In this document: one piece after another, positions 52,439 through 64,000 of the stretch | Position numbering within the stretch: the first letter of the stretch is position 1 | Layout: each line of letters opens with the position of its first letter | Assembly: GCA_964016885.1 (NCBI GenBank) | Contig: OZ024749.1 | Span: 20,336,001 to 20,400,000, forward strand | Direction: 5' to 3' | DNA length: 64,000 nt | DNA from: Eledone cirrhosa | Lineage: Eukaryota | Position numbers and translations under genes: made by a program | The notes under the pieces: model-generated | Databases searched by the model: none | What the model saw: the letters and a program-made list of their open reading frames with translations, nothing else | What the model was told of the DNA's origin: nothing

Positions 52439-52611
52439 TGTTTCTACTATTGGCACACGGCCAGTAATTGTCCCAGTGCATTACTGGTACTTTATTTTAT
52501 CGACCCCGTAAGGATGAAAGGCAAAGTTAACCTCGGCGGGATTTGAACTCAGGATGGCAAGGGCCGTAACTCTATGTGTCAAAGCATGGCGTCCGACCCT
52601 CTACCGATACT
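52435..52611 (-). mobile_element. tRNA-derived SINE (octopus-type)
   Basis: Matches 43850-44027. Confidence 0.85.
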
Positions 52612-52857
52612 GTGTGTGAATATGGTGCACCAACGATCAAATGAGTGAATCCAGTCAAAAAATATATATATCTTACACCTCTTTCTCTCTCTCTAACTCT
52701 CTCTCTAGCTCTCTCACTCTTTCCCTCTTTCTTTCTCTCTGACACACATTCTCTTTGTAACCACCGCCACCTTCTCCCACTCAATGTCCCCCTCCTCTCC
52801 CTCCTCACACTACCCTCTGCCATTATCTAGTCCATTGCTTCAATACACTTACACAAA

Positions 52858-53233
<376 letters not shown>

Positions 53234-53307
53234 ATATATGTGAAGGCGTGTAGCTGAGTCGTTAGAGAATTGGATTCACAATGTTGAGGTTGTGAGTTCG
53301 ATTCCTG

Positions 53308-53821
53308 GAGTAGCCCAATTTGCATATTTGCAATTTGCATATTTGTAACAGCCGTACTAAGAGTGGGAAATGAAATATCGTTTCATTTTTTCCGTTTATC
53401 GTTTTCGGTGCACCCGGCCGATTAACCCACTCGATATGCAAATTGGGCTACTCAGCCGTTAATATGCATAAGGTAAGTATATACGTTCAACAATCTGGCA
53501 GGAAGGTATACGTTGCTGACGATAGCTAACAAGCTTGAAACTAGTACAGCGTTCCTTTGTCAGTGTTGAACAAACGAGCAACGGTGGTTGCTAGACACTA
53601 CGGCTTAATACGGGATGTTTGTTTACAAACACACCGAGCATTATAGTGGATGTTCGGTGAATCCATACGTGCATATATATATGTGTGCATGTATGTATAT
53701 ATATATATACATACTACTGTACGTCGGTACACATATATGTATGTACGTGTACATACTTATATTTAAGTAACAGCCGTACTAAGAGTGGGAAATGAAATAT
53801 CGTTTCATTTTTTCCGTTTAT
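53308..53821 (+). mobile_element. Retrozyme-like non-coding element: 422-bp monomer, 55-bp terminal redundancy, HHR, 20-bp inverted 5' tip
   Basis: 53345-53399 repeats at 53767-53821; 53308-53327 is the inverse of 53434-53453; follows a SINE tRNA head (53243-53307). Confidence 0.8.
53511..53551 (+). ncRNA. Minimal type I hammerhead
   Basis: CGTTG-CTGACGA-T-AGCT aaca AGCT-T-GAAAC-TA-GTA-CAGCG; palindromic stem III ACTAGT. Confidence 0.85.
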
Positions 53822-53831
53822 ATATATATAT

Positions 53832-53968
53832 ATTATTTCTGAAGACGGCATATATATGTGAAGGTATGTATATTCTCTTTGATAGTTTGTATAATTTTGT
53901 ACATAGATCTTTTGAATATGCATACCAATTCTAACACATATATGTCCTAGAAACGATCGTAAAATAAT
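53832..53968 (+). ncRNA. Type I hammerhead with ~104-nt stem II (second copy of the 34932 motif)
   Basis: ATTATTT-CTGAAGA...GAAAC-GATC-GTA-AAATAAT; 53832-54030 nearly identical to 34935-35135. Confidence 0.8.
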
Positions 53969-54327
53969 GAACTTTTTTTGTTTAATATAAGGAACTGTTT
54001 CTTTGTTTATTCATTATTTTTTTAATATTTTATATATATATATATATATATAATGTACGAGGTGAGTTTTATTGTAGTACAATAAAGCAATGCAGTTATA
54101 AAGGCTATCTCTCTCTTTCTATCACCCATCTCTCCTCCTATCTCATCCTTCCTTATTATACTTCTCCCCCACCATTCTTTACTCTCATCTCCTCCTCTTT
54201 TTCATCTTTTCCAACCCCCGCTCACTTTTTTTCCCAATATCACACATCAATCTAAAACTACTTTTCATATGTTGATTTAAAACTCCACTATTCACAAGTG
54301 TTTTTTAACCTTCATATCATGTATCCC

Positions 54328-54398
54328 TGTTTTATCTGACGAAAACACAAATGTCATCTCAGGATGATATTTGTTTTTGAAATGCGCATAATAAAATA
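54328..54398 (+). ncRNA. Type I hammerhead, intact core
   Basis: TGTTTTAT-CTGACGA-AAACACAAATGTCATC tcag GATGATATTTGTTTTT-GAAA-TGCGCA-TA-ATAAAATA. Confidence 0.85.
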
Positions 54399-54427
54399 CA
54401 TGGAACTATTTTAACCATCTTTTGATC

Positions 54428-54505
<78 letters not shown>

Positions 54506-54749
54506 TGTGTGTGTGAATGTAGTTAGCCACACTGACATAAATACGCACAGACACACAGACAAACTCACACACACACACAAACACACACTCACAAACACAC
54601 ACACACATATATATATATACAAATAAACAATGAGGAAATGTAAAGAGTGAGACTGCATGAGAAGTGGAAGTTAGTTCAATATATGTTTATTTAGATAGTA
54701 ATAGTAACCCCTCTATACATGTTTCTCTTTCTCTAGATTTCCACTCCAT

Positions 54750-55680
54750 TTTTGTATGTGTGTGTAGGCATGTGTGTATGTATGTTTGTATGTATGTGTG
54801 TATGTATGTATGTATGTGTGTGTGTATGTGTGTATGTATGTATGTTTGTATGTATGTGTGTGTATGTGTATGCATGTATGTGTGTATGTATGTGTGTATG
54901 TATGTGTGTGTATGTATGTATGTATGTATATGTGTGTATGTATGTATGTGTATGTATGTGTGTATGTATGTGTGTGTATGTATGTGTGTATGTATGTGTG
55001 TATGTATATATGTATGTGTGTATGTATGTGTGTATGAAAATATGTATGTATGTGTGTATGTGTGTGTATGCATGTATATGTGTATGTATGTGAGTATGTA
55101 TGTTTGTGCGTATGTATGTATGTATTTATGTATGTATGTGTATGTATGTATGTAAATATGTATGTATGTGTGTAAGTATGTGTGTATGTATGTTTGTATG
55201 TATGCATGTGTATGTATGTATGTATGTGTATGTATGTATGTATGTATGTGTATGTATGTGTGTGTATGTATGTATGTAAATATGTATGTATGTGTGTATG
55301 TATGTGTGTATATGTGCATGTATGTGTGTGTATGTATGTATGTATGTGTATGTATGTATGTGTGTATGTATGTGTGTATGTATGTGTGTGTATGTATGTG
55401 TGTATGTGTGTATGTGTGTATGTGTGTATGTATGTGTGTATGTATGTGGGTATGTGTGTATGTGTGTATGTAAGTATGAATGTGTATATGTATGTATGTG
55501 TGTATGTATGTGTGTATGATGTATGTATGTATGAATGTGTATATGTATATATATATATATATATGTTATGTATATATACATATATATATGTGTGTGTGTG
55601 TACGTGTGTGTGTGTGTGCATGTGTGTATGTGTGTGTATGTGTATGTGTGTGTGTGTGTATGTATGCGTGTGTGTGTGTG
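54750..55680. repeat. (TGTA)n/(TG)n compound microsatellite
   Basis: Direct reading. Confidence 0.95.
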
Positions 55681-55889
55681 CATATTGGATGTCATATGAT
55701 ATGTTGGGAGGAGTAAGACGTGACATGACAATTGTGTATGATGTGAAACATAAATAAATAGATAGATTGATGGGGAGAAAGGGGGAGAGGGAGAGAGAGA
55801 GAGAGAGAGGAGGAGGAGGAGGAGGGGGAACGTGAGAGAGTGAGAGATGTACAAAACAGAGGAATGATCAAGAGATTAGCCGTCACATT

Positions 55890-55937
<48 letters not shown>

Positions 55938-55945
<8 letters not shown>

Positions 55946-56393
55946 GTGAAGAAAGAAGGATACTGCGTGGTTGCCCATGGGTTACATATGATAAAAATAG
56001 TCCTTCGTCAGTGATTTGCCAACCATCATTGGTATTTCATCGCATTAAAAATCATATACCTCAGGTTGGTGCGAGCAATAGCTAAATAAAGCTATTGGGA
56101 CAAGTAAATCGCGTAAAGCGAGGGGGACAAGTAAACAACATAGAAGGATAAAAGCAAACCAAAGATAGGAAAAAAACAAGCAACATGGTTGTCCGGTCAG
56201 CATAGGCTGGGTGGATTTCATGAGCGAAAGAGGTACAGACCGTCCGACGCGAGTGAGATGTAAGCAAGAAGAGAACCACTGTAAGCCAAACGGGAGGAAG
56301 TGAGAAGGGGAGTAACAGAGAGTGAGTGAGTGCAAGTGCGAGGAAGCGGTCAAACAACATAGAAAGATAAAAGCAAACCAAAGATAGGAAAAA

Positions 56394-56398
<5 letters not shown>
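55938..56398 (-). mobile_element. Family P element, truncated, with internal 46-bp re-duplication
   Basis: Matches 43228-43615; 56133-56178 repeats at 56352-56398. Confidence 0.85.
56004..56069 (-). ncRNA. Candidate permuted (pseudoknotted) hammerhead with kink-turn, best-preserved copy
   Basis: CCAACC TGA GGTA-TA-TGATTT ttaatgcgaT GAAA-TACC AAT GAT GGTTGG c AAATCA-CTGACGA-A. Confidence 0.62.
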
Positions 56399-56446
<48 letters not shown>

Positions 56447-56459
56447 TATATCATATATA

Positions 56460-56568
56460 GAGTTCAAATACCGCCGAGGTTAACTTTGCCTTTCATCCTT
56501 ACGGGGTCGATACAATAAAGTAATGCGGTGGGGTAATTGCTGGCCTTGTGCCAAAAGTAGAAACAATT
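56460..56568 (+). mobile_element. 5'-truncated tRNA-SINE
   Basis: GAGTTCAAATACCGCCGAGGTTAACTTTGCCTTTCATCCTTACGGGGTCGATA. Confidence 0.8.
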
Positions 56569-56970
56569 ATATATATATATATATATATTTATTTATATAT
56601 ATATATATATTTATATGTATATCATAGTTGAAACAGAAAACAAAAAAAACAACAAGGAAGTGAAGAGGCAGTACAAAATGTTAATATTAGTTTCACGCTT
56701 CAGAGTGGGATATATACATACACATATATATATATATATATACATACACACACATACACATACGCACACGCACACACATGCATATACATACACACACACA
56801 CATTCACAGATACACACATGCACATATACATACATACACATTCACAGATACACACATGTACATATACAAACATACATACATAAATACATACACATATACA
56901 CAAATATACATTCACAGACACGCATTCACACACGCACACATAGATATACACTTTCACAGACACGCCGATG

Positions 56971-57002
<32 letters not shown>

Positions 57003-57761
57003 CATACATTCACTGACATGCACATACACGCATTCACACACACACCTTCACACAAACACACATATATATATATATACGCACACATATATATACACACACA
57101 CACACTTATTATATATCACACGAGGATCATGCCCAGCCATTATCAAACCATTGTAAACCAGTCCTAATTATTCAAATCCTGTACCAAACTCTTCCATGTA
57201 AAGCACATAAATTTATCGATCTCAACACTCCATTCCCTCCTCTGTCTACCCCCACTATATCAACCCGTCCCCCGTGACCGTCATTCGACATACAACTTGG
57301 CCCATCTGTTGCCATTCGTTCGTGTAAAATGCCATATGTTTTTTTTCTTTTTTTTAAACTTACTCATCCGAATCAAGACAATAGCGCCTCTTAAATGGCA
57401 AGTATTTACTGAGAGAATATATATATATATGTGTGTGTGTGTGTGTATAGTGAAAGCGTATATATATATATACTCAGCTCAATTAAGGCAATAAAGCCAC
57501 TAAAATGCCAAAGGTTACTGTAAAGGGAAAAAGACGATAAATATAAAACGAACATCATTCAAGGAGAAAAAAGATGGCGGTTGGTTTTTTAAAAAAAAGT
57601 TTTAAAAGTCGCTCTCAAGCCATCTTTCATAAAAAAAAACAACACTAATAATAATATACGTAGCCAATCTCTCCGACTATTTCCATCTCTATAGGTATTC
57701 ATCCTATTTTTAAAGTTATTTTATAACATCGCGCATGAGCACACCGCTCTTTATATCAACT

Positions 57762-58865
57762 AATAACTGTTTCTACTTTTGGCACAAGGCCAGCAATTAT
57801 CCCAGTGCATTACTGGTACTTTACTTTATCGACCCCGTAAGGGTGAAAGGCAAAGCTAACCTCGGCGGAGTTTGGACTCAGAATGTAAAGGGTCATAACT
57901 TTATGCCACAAAGCATGTTGTTCGACGCTCTAACGATACTGCCAATGATAATAATAATAATAATGATTTCTACTACAGGCAAAAGGCCAGTAATTTTGGG
58001 GGAGGAGAAAGTCGATTGAATCGGCCCCAGTACGTTACTGGTGCTTTATTTTATCGACCTTGAAAGGTTGAAAGGCAAAACTGACCTCGATGGTTATTGA
58101 ACTCAGAACGCAAAGGGCCGTAACTCTATGCCACAAAGCATGTTGTCCGACACTTTACCGATACAGCCAAAAATAATAAAGACGATTTCTTTATTAGCCA
58201 CACGGGGCTTACATTAAGAAAACATTAAAGACGGTAAAGGACGGAAGAGAACTATGGAGTGTGGGGGCGGTTGTGTAAAATAAAATGTCTAACAGTAATA
58301 ACTGTTTCTACTTATGGCACAAGGCCAGCAATAACCCCAGTGTATTACTGGTACTTTTTATTTTATCGACCCCGTAAGGATGAAAGGCAAAGTTGACCTT
58401 GGCGGGATTTGAACCCAGAATGCGTCAAAGCATGGCGTCCGACCCTCTACCTCTATGTCTAACAGTAATAACGATGAGGATTGGTTACAAAAGAGTCCAA
58501 TACATCGGGGACATTAGAGGGATAAAACCACACAGTGTGGGGTTTACATTGGGTAAAGGAAGGAGGACATTAGAGAAGGGAAAACAGCGGATATAACAAC
58601 ATCAACAACAACGCCAACAACGACATCAACGACATCAACAACAACAACATCATCACCATCAACAACATCAACAACATCAACAACAATAATAATTGTTTCT
58701 ACTTTTGGCACAATTCACCAGTGTATTACTGGTACTTTATTTTATCGACCCCTGTAAGGATGAAAGGCAAAGTTAACCTCGGCAGGATTTGAAACCAGAA
58801 TGTGACGGACCTTAACTAAATACTGCAAAGTATTTAGACCGACGCTCTACTGATTCTACTGCCAA
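57762..58865 (-). mobile_element. Cluster of four co-oriented tRNA-SINEs (~57762-57945, 57962-58170, 58297-58452, 58686-58865)
   Basis: Each has a variant of TTATCGACCCCGTAAGGATGAAAGGCAAAG..ACCTCGGCGGGATTTGAAC. Confidence 0.85.
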
Positions 58866-58982
58866 TCCACAGACAACAACAACAACAACAACAACAACAA
58901 TATAAAGACTACTCTGGGGAATCCCGGGAATGTTGATTTGTTTGTTTTTCAAACTGCGTTTTAGATTTAAAGTGGAAAATAT

Positions 58983-59039
<57 letters not shown>

Positions 59040-59045
<6 letters not shown>

Positions 59046-60654
59046 ATACTTGGAGAGGGTCTTTTTTGTATAATATTGCCAGAATTAATAACAGAACACA
59101 TTCACTGTTTGGTTGCTTTTCGCTTCTGTGCCCTTTATAACGGTTAATTTAATTTATTCGGTCCTCAATGTTGCCATTGACTGACCAACGGTCAAACATA
59201 CAGATACAATATAGACACAAACACATATATATATAGTCTATCAAAGTTCTTTCGTTGCACATCTGCAACATCGTCAGTGTTGCTATTATGTTTTCTCCCG
59301 TTGCATTGTATGCTTACGCCATCTTTATTTAGTCTGTTTATTTATTTATTTGTTTATTTTTTTGTCTTCTCTGCGCATGCGTTTGCGTGTGTGTATAGTG
59401 TTTTGTTTGATGTGTGTTCTTGTTTGGGTGACCGTGTATTGGTTAATGTATTCTATCTTAGTTTACTAGTGTGTGTTTATATGTGTTTGTTGTTATTGTG
59501 CTTGTGTATGTATTTATTTATTTATTTATTTATTTATACTTCTCTTAGGTCAGTGTTGTTTGTTTGGGTGTTGTTGTTATTCCATTCATTTTTTCTGTTT
59601 AGTCTTGGCTTTCTAAGTTCTATTTCGCTGGCCTCTCTGATTTGCCTATCTGCTGGGTCATTTCTATGTTTAGATATTATTCTAACTTCTATGTTGTTGT
59701 CTAGCATGTTCGTATAGTACTGAACCGTTTTTTCATCCTTTTAGCCCCCCCCCCCCCAGTGTTGGTCTATCCTTTCACCTATGCTACGAGCTGTCTCGCC
59801 TATGTATGTTGTTGTCATGTTTCTGCAAGTAGCCTCTGTACATCTTATGCTATAGACTACGTTTCTAGTTTTACAGTTTATCCGGGGGTTTACTCTACAT
59901 ATGATACATTTCCTATTAGTACAGTGGGTTTTCTTAAAAGGGTAGGTTTTGCTGATCAGGGATTTTATGGTGGTTCCTGGCTTTTCTACCACCTTAATCT
60001 TTAAGTGGGTCTTTCTCAGGGCCTTTCTACACTGGTTAGCTAATTTCCCTCCAGAGGTAGCGTCCACAAACATGACACTCTGGTATCTCTGGTTGCGGTA
60101 CCATGAGGTGGCTTTCCCTATCTTATGTCGAGTCATATCTAAGCTATTCCATGATTTGCTCCTGTATAATGGGCAAATTCCTTTCATGTCCAGTTCTATG
60201 AGGGTCTTATACTTCTCCGTGGCTCCTTTGTATACTCTGACTCTGTCTCTTTGGTTGTAGCCAGAGAACTGCATGCGGTTGATGAAGTGTTGGATGTGTC
60301 TTTCCATTTCTGTTGGGTCGCACATGCGGGACACGTTCTTCATCACTCGTACCAAGTCTGCGATCAGAATATTAAACTTAGCACTACTGGACATTGCTAA
60401 GTTTTTGAGTATCAGGTATTTGGAGGCCATGGGTTTAGCATAGTGTGAGTGGAGAATTTGGGCTCTCTCGTCTAGAGCGTTAATCCAGAGTTCCGTGTCT
60501 AATACAGGTAGTCTACTGTTAGGGTGTTTGGAAGGGAAGTCTATAGTTACAGTTATACTATGAAATTAGCTATCTGCTGGATGCTTTCCATTGTGCTATG
60601 TTCTAAATCAAACTTGTTAGTGCTCTCTTGTGCACAAGAGAGTACTAACAAGTT
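59040..60654 (-). mobile_element. 5'-truncated Penelope-like element related to family A, ending in a 44-bp palindrome (60611-60654)
   Basis: RLPVLDTELW, HYAKPMASK, ILIADLVRVMKNVSRMC, CPLYRSK, CKTRNVVYSIRC, YIGETARSIGERIDQH; G-run frameshift ~59750; tail ATTGTTATACTTGGAGAGGGTC like 25557-25578. Confidence 0.9.
59240..59281 (-). ncRNA. Minimal type I hammerhead, weak stem I
   Basis: AACA-CTGACGA-T-GTTGCA gatg TGCAAC-GAAA-GAAC-TT-TGAT; same position in the 3' UTR as the family A HHR. Confidence 0.72.
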
Positions 60655-61017
60655 GTGAGTAGATTATATGTGTGTATGTCTGTAAGTCGTTATATATGTG
60701 TGTATGTGAATGAGGTTATATGCGTGTGTGTATCTGTTTTATTTATTAGAGTAGGGTGTAAACTGTTCTATATTTGTGTTCATGTGAATGTGTGTATGTG
60801 TGTATCAGTGTGTGTGTGTGTGTCAGTGTGTATTTCCCTTTTGCTGTGTCTATGACCGACACTGAACTGTAAAACAGTCCAGTCCACCTAGCTGTCTGTA
60901 GGTACCACAGGTTTAACATGCCCAACACGGTGCCCCTACCACCCCAGCAAGACTAACGGATCGATGTATACATACACACTATCATCAAACAACAATGGAA
61001 TGATCGCTGTGCAGTAT

Positions 61018-61218
61018 CGCATCGTTCTAGGTTAGGCAGCTATCAACAAGAACAAGGAAGTACTAACATCAAAACGAATTTCCTATCATTTGAAGGCTAA
61101 GACCTTTGATACTTACATCCTACCAGTTGTATTATATGGTCTTGACTGTGTTAATTGGACGACGACAAGGTCACTTCAGAAGCTCTCTACATTCCAGAAA
61201 CACATGATGAGATTTTAA
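61018..61218 (+). pseudogene. RTE-like LINE RT/thumb fragment
   Basis: RIVLG*AAINKNKEVLTSKRISYHLKAKTFDTYILPVVLYGLDCVNW...KLSTFQKHMMR. Confidence 0.7.
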
Positions 61219-61518
61219 AGTGAGGAAAGACTGTGCACTGAGCCAATCCCACTCTCTGAGCGACAGTAACTATAACCCGAAAAGAAGAAAAGATCAACAT
61301 CATCGGTAACTACCGAGCCGCAGGTTTTATATCGGAGTTATCCCAGTTTCCTGAGTTGCCTTCTCCTAGAAGAATATCCCAACAAAGGCTAGGGGTCCTT
61401 CACTCCCAGTGGTTTAACCACGCAATCGGGTATCCAGCCCGATTATTTCTATGTCCCCGCGCATATACATACACATGTATACATGTAAATACATACATAC
61501 ATAAGGATTACAATGTTT

Positions 61519-62418
61519 TCATAGACGATTGTCGTCTCTTATTGATTCTTCGTTATCATCCGATCTGCGTCCATGACTTTGTAGGCCAGCTGTAGATCTG
61601 CATGGTTTACGACACAGGTGACAGAAGAGAGTTGTGCTTTCCACAGGACCGGTGGTGTCAGCCTGTGGGACACAATCTTTATGTACCACCGTGTGTTTTT
61701 TTAGTCCGGAACTAGTTCTACACACTTTGTTGCCTATCATGCATGCGGTTTCATCAGATCTTTGTTGAGTGGTGTTGCAGGTGGTTATCCTTTCATGTGA
61801 CTTTAGGTGATTAACATAACCAGCCTTTGGGAGGAGTACACGCTGACAGAAATTGCATGTCCAACTACTGATGACTTCATCAAGGCTGAGCACAGCCCTT
61901 CCGGAGCTGACATTTCAGTTGTTTATGTTCTAGACCAGGCATGTCAAACATGCGGCCCTTTACAAGCAACGCTGCGGCCCGCACAAAAGGTTTTTACAGC
62001 GCGAGTATGTTTTATTTTCGTAATATAAAATTTAAAAAATAGTTGTGATGTACGCAATCAGTTGTGTGTGTGTGGCCCTCAGACAACACATATGTGACCC
62101 ATGTGGACCTCGGGGGACCCTCAGTTTGACATGCCTGTTCTAGGCGACATTACTCAAAAGTTTTGCAACTGCCCTTTGTGCGCTTTCTCCACTCAGCTCT
62201 ATTTAGCGCTATCTCCTCCTAGTTTTCTATATCAAATGCCAGCTCTTTGAGGTTGTTCTTGATGCTGACCCTGAACCTCATTTTCGGTTTGTGTTGAGGT
62301 CTTTTCCCAAGATGGAGCTCACAGTAAAACAGTTGCTTCGGTATCCTGCCTTCTTTCATGCGGACGATATATCCTGTCCAGCGCATTTGAGATGTTACTT
62401 GGGACTCAATGCTTGGAC
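61519..62418 (-). mobile_element. 3' part of RTE LINE with C-terminal C2H2 zinc fingers, interrupted by a hAT MITE
   Basis: QMRWTGYIVRMKEGRIPKQLFYCEL..GKR....PKMRF; CNFC...NHLKSH, C..C..GLKKH...H, CHLC...GLQSH. Confidence 0.8.
61936..62137. mobile_element. hAT (Charlie-like) MITE, 202 bp
   Basis: 14-bp TIR CAGGCATGTCAAAC/GTTTGACATGCCTG; 8-bp TSD TTCTAGAC/TTCTAGGC. Confidence 0.88.
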
Positions 62419-62439
62419 ATACATACATATTTATGCATG

Positions 62440-62645
62440 TAATAACTGTATGTACACATGTACAGATTCAAAGCATATGCACAGGCACACATGTAACTCA
62501 AAACACCCACATCTACACATATAATAACATCCATATCTGCAGACACACGCATACATATCTACCTAGTTGATGAGAGAGTCTTGTGTCTATGTTAGAAACT
62601 GACTCTCTCCCTATTGGTAAAAATTTACAGTCATAAAACCAGAAG

Positions 62646-62650
<5 letters not shown>
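62440..62650 (+). mobile_element. 3' UTR of the RLE-type non-LTR element, ending in (CA)n
   Basis: Matches 23338-23540. Confidence 0.75.
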
Positions 62651-62732
<82 letters not shown>

Positions 62733-62872
62733 AAGAAACAGTTTTGTATCAGAGAACCAAAGGGCGGTTTTATGCAGTTTCGTATCAAAAGGGTTAACGA
62801 ATATTAGGTCACTACTTCTAGCCAGCAGGTCGAATGATCACGCAGAGAAGTCATTGTTGGTTCGTGCAAACA

Positions 62873-63440
62873 TACGTCACTTCCGGGGGTTGCTGCGAGG
62901 TAAATGGTGTGACGTAACCAAGACTACGTCACTTCCAGAAGTTGCTGGGGGGGGGGGGGGGGGGCAAATTGTGTCATGTGACAAAGACTACGTAATTTCC
63001 GGAAGTTGCTGCGGGGTAAATGGTGTGACGTGACCAAGACTACGTCACTTCCGGAAGTTGCTCGGGGGGCAAATTGTGTCATGTGACCAAGACTACGTAA
63101 TTTCCGGAGGTTGCTGCGGGGTAAATGGTGTGACGGGACCAAGACTACGTCACTTCCGGAAGTTGCTCGGGGGGCAAATTGTGTCTTGTGACCAAGACTA
63201 CGTAATTTCCGGAAGTTTCTGCCGGGTAAATGGTGTGACGTGACCAAGACTACGCTATTTCCGGAGGTAAATTGTGTCATGTGACCAAAACTACGTCACT
63301 TCCGGAGGTTGCTGCAAGGCAAATGGTGTCATGTGACTACGTCACTTCCGGGGGTTGCTGATGGTGTCATGTGACGAAGACTACGTCACTTCCGGAGGCT
63401 AATGCAGGGCAAATGGTGTCATGTGACCAAAACTACGCCA
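62873..63440. repeat. 52/53-bp alternating minisatellite (105-bp dimer)
   Basis: GACTACG at 62922, 62986, 63038, 63091, 63143, 63196 and 63248, then shorter units. Confidence 0.92.
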
Positions 63441-63549
63441 TAAAAGTTTTACTAGACAGAATCTCTACTGGTTTATTTTTGGTAGACAAAATCTGGAGTA
63501 GTTTATTTTATTAAGTAGTACCACACTGGTCATGACTTAGAGGACTGTT

Positions 63550-63859
63550 AGAGAGAGGAGGGAGGAGGGAGAGAGAGGGGGAAGAGAGAGGAAGAGAGAA
63601 GAGAGGGTGAGTGGAGGGAGAGAGGTGGGGGAGAAATGAGAGAGATAGGAGAGAGTGGAGAGAGAGAGTTGGAGTAAGGGAGAGAGAGAGAGATGAGAGA
63701 GAGGAGGGAGAGAGAGTGGAGAGAGAGAGATGAGAGAAAGTGAGGGGCAGAAGTAAGAGAGGGAGCAAGATATAAAGTGCGAGAAAGGTATATATAGAAA
63801 AGAAGAGAGGGTGAGAGAGAAACAGAAAGAGAGAGATAGATAGAGAGATAGATAGAGAG

Positions 63860-63890
<31 letters not shown>

Positions 63891-63985
63891 TATATAGAGA
63901 GAGAGAGAATGCGAATGTATGACGGAGATAAAAAGAGAGGGAAAAGTGGAGAGAGGGAAAAGAGGAGAGAGAGAAGGGGATAGAA
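63550..63985. repeat. GA-rich low-complexity tract with (GATA)n
   Basis: Direct reading. Confidence 0.9.
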
Positions 63986-64000
63986 TGCGGGTGTAAGATG

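Noticed and set aside
53243-53307. tRNA gene
   Set aside because: A/B-box-like head without a full cloverleaf; a truncated SINE head.

Overview
Eukaryotic, repeat-saturated DNA with no recognisable host gene. The tRNA-SINE type and the (TA)n/(TACA)n load suggest an octopod/coleoid cephalopod (inference). Bases 1-20.6 kb are a 48-bp satellite (~429 monomers) with higher-order duplications. Bases 20.7-64 kb are a nest of mobile elements among microsatellites: one near-full-length Penelope-like element (RT + GIY-YIG, ~510-bp pLTRs, 25494-30064, minus), a truncated relative, four fragments of a second GIY-YIG family, RLE-type and RTE LINE fragments, Helitron-like elements, hAT and Tc1/mariner MITEs, and SINEs. 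Reading by eye finds about 13 conventional hammerhead-ribozyme (HHR) motifs, several with 75-104-nt stem II inserts. Best candidate for a new system: a non-coding ~500-nt element (4 copies, two with different terminal redundancies) carrying all hammerhead core strands in exact pairing register but in a non-canonical pseudoknotted order, next to a box C/D-type kink-turn. Second: several long palindromes centre on hammerhead stem II, suggesting cDNA fold-back at the ribozyme hairpin makes inverted 5' ends. All RNA folds are manual predictions; most ORF-track entries are microsatellite artefacts.
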